Both the position numbers and the translations under genes were made by a program. Below are positions 57,545 to 64,000 of a stretch of 64,000 nt of DNA, piece after piece (the first letter of the stretch is position 1; every line of letters starts with the position of its first letter). This stretch comes from an uncultured Bacilli bacterium (GTDB lineage Bacteria > Bacillota_I > Bacilli_A > RF39 > UBA660): assembly GCA_944350365.1 (NCBI GenBank), contig CALVOU010000002.1, forward strand, positions 7,290 through 71,289. The letters run 5' to 3'. Below the pieces are notes generated by a model. The model worked only from the letters and a program-made list of their open reading frames with translations, was not told the origin of the DNA and made no database searches.

Positions 57545-58276
57545 ATGAGATATAAAATTATTTTTTCTTATGATGGTACTAATTTTAATGGCTATCAAAT
57601 CCAACCAGGACTTAGAACAGTTCAAGAATGTATCGAAGATGCAGTTAGTTATTTAAATAGAAAACAAAGAACAACAATCGCCTCATCTGGACGTACAGAT
57701 AAAGGGGTACATGCTTTGGCGCAAGTTGCTCATTTTGACTTAGATATCGAAATTCCAGTAGATAAAATAAAAAGAGGATTAAACTCTAATTTACCACCAG
57801 ATATCCACATCATCAGTGTAAAAAAAGTAAGTAAAGATTTCCATGCTCGTTTTTTAGCGAAGAAAAAAGAGTATGTCTATAGAATTAATACGGGAGAATA
57901 TAATCCATTAGAAAGAAATTACGTCTATCAATACAATCGAGAATTAAAAGTAGAAAAAATGAAAGAAGCCCTAAAATTATTTGAGGGAACTCATGATTTT
58001 ACCTCTTTTGTTTCAAGTGAAGATACCCGTGAAAATAAGACGAGAACGATTTATAAAACATCGCTTAATCAAAAAGGAAAGATCATTGAAATTCGTTTCC
58101 AAGCTGATGGCTTTATGAAATACCAAGTAAGAAACATGGTAGGGCTATTATTAGCGATTGGTAACGATAAAAAAGAAGTAGAAGATGTAAGTATTTTGTT
58201 ACAAGCGAAAAGTCGTCAAAGAGCGGTTAAAACTGCTCCTGCTGCCGGATTATATTTAAAGAAAGTGTGGTACTAA
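57545..58276 (+). CDS. truA: tRNA pseudouridine(38-40) synthase
   Basis: MRYKIIFSYDGTNFNGYQIQPG...RTDKGVHA catalytic Asp region. Confidence 0.9.
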   Translation: MRYKIIFSYDGTNFNGYQIQPGLRTVQECIEDAVSYLNRKQRTTIASSGRTDKGVHALAQVAHFDLDIEIPVDKIKRGLNSNLPPDIHIISVKKVSKDFHARFLAKKKEYVYRINTGEYNPLERNYVYQYNRELKVEKMKEALKLFEGTHDFTSFVSSEDTRENKTRTIYKTSLNQKGKIIEIRFQADGFMKYQVRNMVGLLLAIGNDKKEVEDVSILLQAKSRQRAVKTAPAAGLYLKKVWY

Positions 58277-58277
58277 G

Positions 58278-59003
58278 ATGGAAAATACAAGAGAGAAGCT
58301 AGAACTATTAGCTAGACAAATTATTGCTTTACAAGGAAATAGAAGCGCAGAACAGATCATTTGGAGTGAACAACTGGAATCATTCAATCGATGTTTAAAC
58401 TCGATTAGTGATTTAATCTATATCGGACAACTTAGTGACGAGGAAAACTTCATTCTAAGAAAACTAACGGAAGAATTAATTCGCGTTGGTGGAATTCCTT
58501 CTTCAGCTAGTGATAAGGATCTAATCAGTCATAAAAGAAAAAGATTGTACGAAGCTACTCTAGATGCAGAAGCTGAGTTACAACGAATACCGGTCGTCGA
58601 AAAAAGTGAACCCGAGATAAAAACATTGAATGATTGGATATCTTATTTATCTATCTTTAAAGTGGATAACTGCTTTTTGTCTTTAGAAACTTATCCGACA
58701 AGTGATGATCTATATCAGGCCATGCGACAGATCGTATTGAATAAAAAAGCTCCACTATATAAAAAGATATATTTAGGAAGAGTAGTAGACAAATTAGATA
58801 ATGAAGAAAACAAGTGTCGACTCCCACAAGGAATTCGTCTTGAAGTAGCCGACTATGAGTTAGGACAGCTTATCAGATTAGTAAAAAATAACCCAGAGTT
58901 CAACTATCGCTTAATGGAATGGGATTACCACAAATTACTAATTAATGAACGTTTGATAAATGCCGATTGGGCAAATCGCTTATTATTACTAGTCAAAAAG
59001 TAA
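58278..59003 (+). CDS. Hypothetical 241-aa protein inserted between truA and rplM
   Basis: Translationally coupled to truA, with a 1-nt gap. Predicted helical; no motif recognised. Confidence 0.5.
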   Translation: MENTREKLELLARQIIALQGNRSAEQIIWSEQLESFNRCLNSISDLIYIGQLSDEENFILRKLTEELIRVGGIPSSASDKDLISHKRKRLYEATLDAEAELQRIPVVEKSEPEIKTLNDWISYLSIFKVDNCFLSLETYPTSDDLYQAMRQIVLNKKAPLYKKIYLGRVVDKLDNEENKCRLPQGIRLEVADYELGQLIRLVKNNPEFNYRLMEWDYHKLLINERLINADWANRLLLLVKK

Positions 59004-59050
59004 AAAGTGTAAAAAGTCAAGCCAAAACATAGAGAAAAGTAAACATTTTA

Positions 59051-59079
59051 TTGACTTTGACACTCTTTTATAATATAAT
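59051..59079 (+). promoter_or_regulatory. rplM-rpsI promoter TTGACT-17-TATAAT
   Basis: Seen directly, about 90 nt upstream of rplM. Confidence 0.45.
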
Positions 59080-59167
59080 TTTAACTGGTACATTTTATAT
59101 ATTCCAATTTCTTGCTTATGTCCTGGGAAAATATAAGTGAGAAGGGAAAAGTAAAAGGAGAATATAT

Positions 59168-59596
59168 ATGACAAGTTTCATGCAAACAAAAGAAACGGTG
59201 GACAGAAAATGGTATGTTATTGATGCCAAAGATCAACCACTAGGAAGAGTAGCTGCTAAAGCTGCACATATGTTAAGAGGTAAACATAAACCTACTTACA
59301 CACCACATATTGACTGTGGTGACTATATCATCATTATTAACGCTAAAGAATGCAAATTAACAGGAAATAAGTTAGACAAGAAGATGTATTACAATCACTC
59401 TATGTATCCAGGTGGATTAAGAGAAAGAACAGCTAAAGAAATGAAAGAAAAATATCCTGTTGAAATGATGGAAAGAGCTGTAAAAGGAATGCTACCACAC
59501 AACAGATTAGGACGTCAAATGTATAAGAAGTTATTTGTATACGAAGGAGAAAATCATCCACATATGGCTCAAAAGCCTACTGTGATTGAACTTTAA
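59168..59596 (+). CDS. rplM: 50S ribosomal protein L13
   Basis: 142 aa. Confidence 0.95.
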   Translation: MTSFMQTKETVDRKWYVIDAKDQPLGRVAAKAAHMLRGKHKPTYTPHIDCGDYIIIINAKECKLTGNKLDKKMYYNHSMYPGGLRERTAKEMKEKYPVEMMERAVKGMLPHNRLGRQMYKKLFVYEGENHPHMAQKPTVIEL

Positions 59597-59611
59597 TAAG
59601 GAGGATAAGTT

Positions 59612-60031
59612 ATGGCAAAGAATAAAATTTATACTGGTACTGGAAGAAGAAAAACTAGTGTAGCTAGAGTAAGATTAGTATCAGGAAATGGAAAAATTAC
59701 CGTTAATGGAAGAGATGTACATGATTATTTACCTTATGAAACGTTAATCATGGATTTACAACAACCACTAGTTGCAACAAATACAAAAGATATATTTGAT
59801 GTTGAAGTTTCTGTATCAGGTGGAGGATTCTCAGGACAAACTGGAGCTATCCGTTTAGGAATTACAAGAGCATTATTACAATATGATGAAACAACAGCTA
59901 AGGATTCAGAAAATAGTTTCCGTAAAATTCTAAAACCAGCTGGATTCATCACTAGAGATGCACGTAAGAAAGAACGTAAGAAACCAGGTTTAAAGAAAGC
60001 TCGTCGTGCTCCACAATTCTCAAAACGTTAA
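59612..60031 (+). CDS. rpsI: 30S ribosomal protein S9
   Basis: 139 aa, C-terminus ...RRAPQFSKR. Confidence 0.95.
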   Translation: MAKNKIYTGTGRRKTSVARVRLVSGNGKITVNGRDVHDYLPYETLIMDLQQPLVATNTKDIFDVEVSVSGGGFSGQTGAIRLGITRALLQYDETTAKDSENSFRKILKPAGFITRDARKKERKKPGLKKARRAPQFSKR

Positions 60032-60044
60032 TTGATGATCAACA

Positions 60045-60071
60045 AAGCCAAGATAGTCTCTTGGCTTTTTT
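60045..60071 (+). terminator. Intrinsic terminator AAGCCAAGA-5 nt-TCTTGGCTT followed by TTTTTT
   Basis: Seen directly after rpsI. Confidence 0.7.
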
Positions 60072-60150
60072 GATGCAAAAATTATCGATAAAACAGAAAC
60101 ATAGCTTATTACGAAAAGATAGAAAAATTTTGTAATTATTGAAAAATCAA

Positions 60151-60179
60151 TTGACGGATATACAGGCGTTTTATATAAT
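60151..60179 (+). promoter_or_regulatory. Promoter TTGACG-17-TATAAT followed by an about 160-nt 5' UTR before the DUF1848 gene
   Basis: Seen directly. Confidence 0.45.
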
Positions 60180-60343
60180 GATTATTCAAGAAGAAAAAAA
60201 CTATCTTTTATTCTAGTCATAAACAACAGAGTTAAATCATCAGTATAATTTTCTTTAAAATACATGATTTAGTGCAGAGAAACTTGTCCTATAAAAACTA
60301 GGCATAATAGATATTTAAAATAATATATGAAGAGGTAATAGTA

Positions 60344-61234
60344 ATGATACTAAGTGTGAGTGAAAGATGTGATATTGTTGCCTTTTATATGGAATGGTTC
60401 TGTAATCGTTTACAAGCTGGCTTCCTCGATGTAAGAAATCCTTTTTATCCTAAACAAGTAAGTAGAATTGTATTAGATAAAGAACACATAGAAGCTATTG
60501 TTTTTTGTACGAAAAATCCCGAACCTTTATATAGAAGAATCAAAGAAATTCCTTATCCTTTTATCCTTCATGTAACCATAACGCCATATCTAAATGATAT
60601 AGAGCCGTTTGTACCAGATAAGAAAAAAACGATTGCGATTGTGAAAAAAATTTCTCAAGAAATAGGAAAAGATAGAGTGATTATCCGCTACGATCCTATT
60701 TTTATCAGTCCTAAGTACAACATAGACTACCATAAAAAAATGTTTACTAGGTTATGTGAAGAGATAAATGGTTACGCTAGTCGTATCATTATTAGTTTTG
60801 TCGATCTGAAAAGAAATACATTGAAGAATAGAAAAATTCTAAATATGGAACCATTAACCAAAGAGAAAATAGAGGACCTAGCATCTTTTATGGGAAGAGT
60901 AGCGACTAAGAATCAGCTAATGATTACAACTTGTGCTGAAAATATTTCGTTAGAAAAATTCGGTTTTGAAAATATGCCTTGTACTCCAGAAGCAAGTATT
61001 CAAAAGTTATTAAACAATCATAAGAAGTATCGTCAAAATAAAACTAGAGAAAACTGTTCTTGTATCGATATGGTAGATATTGGAAACTATAATATTTGTC
61101 ATCACTTTTGCCGTTATTGCTACGCAAACTATGACGAAAGCCAAGTATTAATTAATGAAAGACAACATGATCCTACCTCTAGTTTATTGATCGGACATCT
61201 AACTAGCGAAGATATAATTAAAGAAAAAGCATAG
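60344..61234 (+). CDS. DUF1848-like protein with C-terminal Cys-rich motif (CSCIDM...DIGNYNICHHFCRYCYAN)
   Basis: 296 aa. The C-terminal CxC...C-x3-C-x2-C-x-Y-C-Y-A motif is characteristic of DUF1848; the family name is recalled, not searched. Confidence 0.5.
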   Translation: MILSVSERCDIVAFYMEWFCNRLQAGFLDVRNPFYPKQVSRIVLDKEHIEAIVFCTKNPEPLYRRIKEIPYPFILHVTITPYLNDIEPFVPDKKKTIAIVKKISQEIGKDRVIIRYDPIFISPKYNIDYHKKMFTRLCEEINGYASRIIISFVDLKRNTLKNRKILNMEPLTKEKIEDLASFMGRVATKNQLMITTCAENISLEKFGFENMPCTPEASIQKLLNNHKKYRQNKTRENCSCIDMVDIGNYNICHHFCRYCYANYDESQVLINERQHDPTSSLLIGHLTSEDIIKEKA

Positions 61235-61271
61235 AAAAAGAGTTGCTATCTATCTAGTAACCCTTTAACGC

Positions 61272-61508
61272 TTAAATTCCTATCTTTTCTCGCGATACTT
61301 TCGGATAAGGGTCTTTTTCATTAGTGATCCCTAAGATATAATCGATACTAGTATCGTAGAAAAAAGCTAATTTTATTAAAACATCTGTTGGTATATCATT
61401 TGTTCCAACTTCATATTTTGAATACCCTGTTTGACTCATGCCCAATACTTTGGCAACGTCTCGTTGAAATAAATCTCTATCCTCTCGCAAGTCGCGTAAT
61501 CTAGACAT
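61272..61508 (-). CDS. XRE-family HTH transcriptional regulator (Cro/CI-type), paralog A
   Basis: MSRLRDLREDRDLFQRDVAKVLGMSQTGYSKYEVG. About 50% identical to the ORF at 63460-63687. Confidence 0.75.
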   Translation of the reverse strand: MSRLRDLREDRDLFQRDVAKVLGMSQTGYSKYEVGTNDIPTDVLIKLAFFYDTSIDYILGITNEKDPYPKVSREKIGI

Positions 61509-61681
61509 ATTGTACCACCTATCTGCATTGTAGCATAGGAAATTTTTTTCATTAGTTCACAGTCTAAAATAGGTTAAAAAAACAGTTGGATATAACCTGA
61601 TTCAGCTTAATGAATCGCTAACTCCTCCAATGACAAAGAAATAATCAAAATAAATGGAAAAGAAAACACCATAACGGATAT

Positions 61682-61903
61682 CTACTTTTGAAGTTTTGTT
61701 TCTGGCAATGGGACAATTTCTAACGCCTGAAATCCTTTAGCTGTTTCCAATAATTTAAATTGAACTAATTGCCCTTGTTCTAAAGTACGATAACCATCTT
61801 GCAAGATATTAGAATAATGGACAAAAATATCTTCGTCCTCATTGTATTCTATAAATCCATATCCACGTTCATTATTGAACCATTTGATACGTCCTATCAT
61901 CAT
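61682..61903 (-). CDS. Cold-shock protein (CspA family)
   Basis: GRIKWFNNERGYGFI (RNP1-like) and VHYS (RNP2-like); 73 aa. Confidence 0.85.
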   Translation of the reverse strand: MMIGRIKWFNNERGYGFIEYNEDEDIFVHYSNILQDGYRTLEQGQLVQFKLLETAKGFQALEIVPLPETKLQK

Positions 61904-62028
61904 ATCCCTCCTTCTATTCTATTTGTGAATTCACTAAAAACTTAAGTAATTCAATCGTATCATAAAAAGATAGTAATTTTAGAAAAAAGTGATAAAATGT
62001 AGTTTTTTATCGATTTTCGGTAATTATT

Positions 62029-62781
62029 CTATAAAAAAATCTGATTATCAGTTAACTTTTTTCGTAATGCGTGACGTTTATTCCGAGAAATTAATTGACG
62101 TAATGGCTCTTGATTTGCTTTAAACTGTATAGTATTATCATGAAAATTTACTGCATCAATATTAAAAAGATTCACGATACAACTACGATGACTTTTAAAA
62201 AATCTAGGGTCTTGATGAAGTTTCTTTTCGATATTGATTAAACTACTGCAAATTGAATAGGTACGATCTATAGTATGGAGAACAGTTAAATTATCGTTAG
62301 AAATTTTTTCAAAGTATAAAATATTTTGATAGGGGATTTGTAGAATATCTCCATCAGATAAAAAGGAAAAACAAAAATGTTCGGTTGAATAAGAATAAGC
62401 AGTATTAAGCGTTTCTAAAAACAAAGAATTAAAATCACTTGCTTTTTTAGAAAGAAAATCAAGAGCTAACGTTCGTTTAGTAAATTGGCTATGTTGATAA
62501 TGTTCAAAATCAGATAATAAAATGATTTGACTATAAATATCTCCATGTAATCGGATTTCTCTTGCTAAATCTAAGCCACTTTTTCCCGGAACTTCAACAT
62601 CGAAAATAAAAATTTTAATTCCATCAAGATTTTCAGAATGCAGATGAGTAAAATCTTGATAATTTTGGCAACTAAAAATACAATAGTTTTTCTTTTTCAT
62701 ATTTCCTAAAAATTGATGAATAAGAGATTGATAAATAGAAGAAGATAAGAGAATATCTTCATAAATAATAAAATAAATCAT
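62029..62781 (-). CDS. LytTR-family two-component response regulator (orphan; no adjacent histidine kinase)
   Basis: Receiver domain (YED...IFDVEVPGKSGLDLAREIR...LLSD...FLSKK) plus a C-terminal LytTR domain (FFKSHRSCIVNL). Confidence 0.75.
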   Translation of the reverse strand: MIYFIIYEDILLSSSIYQSLIHQFLGNMKKKNYCIFSCQNYQDFTHLHSENLDGIKIFIFDVEVPGKSGLDLAREIRLHGDIYSQIILLSDFEHYQHSQFTKRTLALDFLSKKASDFNSLFLETLNTAYSYSTEHFCFSFLSDGDILQIPYQNILYFEKISNDNLTVLHTIDRTYSICSSLINIEKKLHQDPRFFKSHRSCIVNLFNIDAVNFHDNTIQFKANQEPLRQLISRNKRHALRKKLTDNQIFL

Positions 62782-62822
62782 ATAAATAAACGCTTCCTAA
62801 CTTACTCATTCTAGTATATCAC

Positions 62823-62862
62823 ATTCTAACCAAAAATAAAAAAACCTGCTAAATTAGCAGGC
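62823..62862 (-). terminator. Intrinsic terminator for hsp20 (CCTGCT-6 nt-AGCAGG, U-tract from the plus-strand A-run 62823-62844)
   Basis: Seen directly. Confidence 0.6.
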
Positions 62863-62880
62863 AGAAACTTCATCGATTGA

Positions 62881-63273
62881 TTATTTAACTTCGATAACAG
62901 TTTTAGTCTCAATTTCTTCTTTTTTAGGAACTGTAACAGTAAGAACACCATCTTTAAATTCAGCATTGATCTTAGTGTTGTCTAATTCACCAAGATAGAA
63001 CTCACGTTTGTAAGTACCATATCTTCTTTCACGTCGAATATAATTTTTATCTTTGTGTTCCTCCTCTTTTTCTTCCTTCTGAGCAGTTATCGTTAAGTAG
63101 CCTTTATCACATTCTACTTTAATGTCCTTCTTATCAAATCCAGGAATATCCATTTCAATATGATAAACACCATCTTTCTCATAAATATCACATTTCATGT
63201 TGCTCTCCTCAGGTACACTTAAGAAGTTATCAAAAATGTCATCTAAATAATACTTTTTTGGGATTAAATTCAT
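62881..63273 (-). CDS. Hsp20/alpha-crystallin family small heat-shock protein
   Basis: 130 aa, with alpha-crystallin domain motifs (FKDGVLTVTVPK). Confidence 0.85.
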   Translation of the reverse strand: MNLIPKKYYLDDIFDNFLSVPEESNMKCDIYEKDGVYHIEMDIPGFDKKDIKVECDKGYLTITAQKEEKEEEHKDKNYIRRERRYGTYKREFYLGELDNTKINAEFKDGVLTVTVPKKEEIETKTVIEVK

Positions 63274-63459
63274 ATATCATCCTTCCTTTCATGATTTCAT
63301 AATACCACTTTGATTAGCAGTTGTCAATAGTGAGTGCTAATTTTTTGAAAATTTTTAAATGTGATCTTCTGGTAACCAAAATAGTTCGTCACTTAATAGA
63401 AAATTTTGTAATATTCTTGCCCAATATTAAATAAAATGGTAGACTCAAAATATAAAAAG

Positions 63460-63687
63460 CTACTTACTTCTAGTAGCTTTAGTATAGGGCCTTCTATCAT
63501 CTGTAAATTCCGTTAAATAATCGATACTAACATGATAAAAGGTAGCTAACAGCTTTAATGCTTCGATTGGGACATTTAAATTCCCATTTTCATATCTAGA
63601 GTAGGTAGTTTGAGAACAATGTAGTAATTTAGCTATAGTGGACTGTGTCAAATCATGATCTTCCCGTAAATCCCGTAGTCTTCTCAT
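63460..63687 (-). CDS. XRE-family HTH transcriptional regulator, paralog B
   Basis: MRRLRDLREDHDLTQSTIAKLLHCSQTTYSRYENG. Confidence 0.75.
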   Translation of the reverse strand: MRRLRDLREDHDLTQSTIAKLLHCSQTTYSRYENGNLNVPIEALKLLATFYHVSIDYLTEFTDDRRPYTKATRSK

Positions 63688-63718
63688 ACAATCACCAAGC
63701 TTATTCTATAATATACCA

Positions 63719-63753
63719 ATGTCGCATATTGACATTTATGCGAATTGCGCATA
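63719..63753. promoter_or_regulatory. Two adjacent inverted repeats (ATGTC-7 nt-GACAT and TATGCG-5 nt-CGCATA) in the divergent XRE / small-ORF promoter region
   Basis: Seen directly. A plus-strand TTGACA-17-TAAAAT promoter (63729-63757) overlaps the second palindrome. Confidence 0.35.
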
Positions 63754-63776
63754 AAATGAAGCATCAGGAGGTGCTT

Positions 63777-63989
63777 ATGCTGATGGATTATGCCACAATG
63801 TATATAAAATATATCATCCACCCATTAGAAAACCAAATAAAAGAAGTAAAATGTCGGATATACCATAAGCGCTTTTATCTTTCTAGAAAGCAAGACGAAC
63901 AGTATTTATTAAAAATGGAACAATTACTGTTCAGTTACTATACAAAATTTAACCAAATATTAGAAGAAGAAATTAATATTCCAAAATAA
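63777..63989 (+). CDS. Hypothetical 70-aa protein divergent from XRE paralog B
   Basis: RBS AGGAGGT lies 4 nt before ATG 63777 (MLMDYATMYIKY...). The longer ORF-track start at 63645 would overlap the XRE gene. Confidence 0.4.
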   Translation: MLMDYATMYIKYIIHPLENQIKEVKCRIYHKRFYLSRKQDEQYLLKMEQLLFSYYTKFNQILEEEINIPK

Positions 63990-64000
63990 AAATCAGCTGA

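Noticed and set aside
1-64000. Looked for CRISPR arrays, rRNA/tRNA genes, transposases or integrases, and phage structural genes
   Set aside because: No spaced direct repeats of CRISPR type were seen. No cloverleaf-like tRNA candidates were seen in intergenic gaps. No rRNA-like segments were seen. No ORF shows DDE, tyrosine or serine recombinase motifs. Other than the inverted GT8 paralogs, no long terminal or inverted repeats were noticed.

Overview
The window is 64 kb of chromosome from a low-GC (about 30% GC) Firmicute of a spore-former lineage: spo0A, whiA and yvcK are present, and S14 is the type-Z form. The S10-spc-alpha ribosomal cluster lacks rpmD (L30). The backbone is conserved housekeeping DNA: a yitT-family gene (5' partial), ftsE-ftsX plus an M23 peptidase, uvrB and uvrA, lgt, trxB, lemA/TPM, yvcK-whiA, clpP (minus strand), a gap-pgk-tpiA...gpmI glycolytic block, rpsJ through rplQ including secY-adk-map-infA-rpmJ-rpsM-rpsK-rpoA, then ecfA1-ecfA2-ecfT-truA and rplM-rpsI. 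Lineage-specific material is inserted into this backbone. (1) A two-gene operon encodes an unusually large (about 608 aa) sigma-70-family protein, whose recognisable regions 2, 3.0 and 4 are split by long K/E-rich insertions, followed by a 355-aa unknown protein. (2) Two inverted GT8 glycosyltransferase paralogs flank uvrB. (3) A small radical-SAM/SPASM enzyme, preceded by a perfect 14-bp palindrome, and a 106-aa gene sit between uvrB and uvrA. (4) A UPF0104 flippase-like gene and a GT4 glycosyltransferase sit inside the glycolytic operon, and spo0A sits between tpiA and gpmI. (5) A Fic-fold protein has its catalytic His replaced by Gln. (6) An accessory-looking tail at 60.3-64 kb carries a DUF1848 gene, two paralogous XRE repressors, csp, an orphan LytTR response regulator and hsp20. 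No rRNA, tRNA, CRISPR array, transposase or integrase was seen. Several intrinsic terminators, sigma-A-type promoters, a candidate LexA box at uvrA and a consensus Spo0A box at the ftsEX promoter are annotated. All calls are based on reading the translations and DNA directly; no database search was possible.
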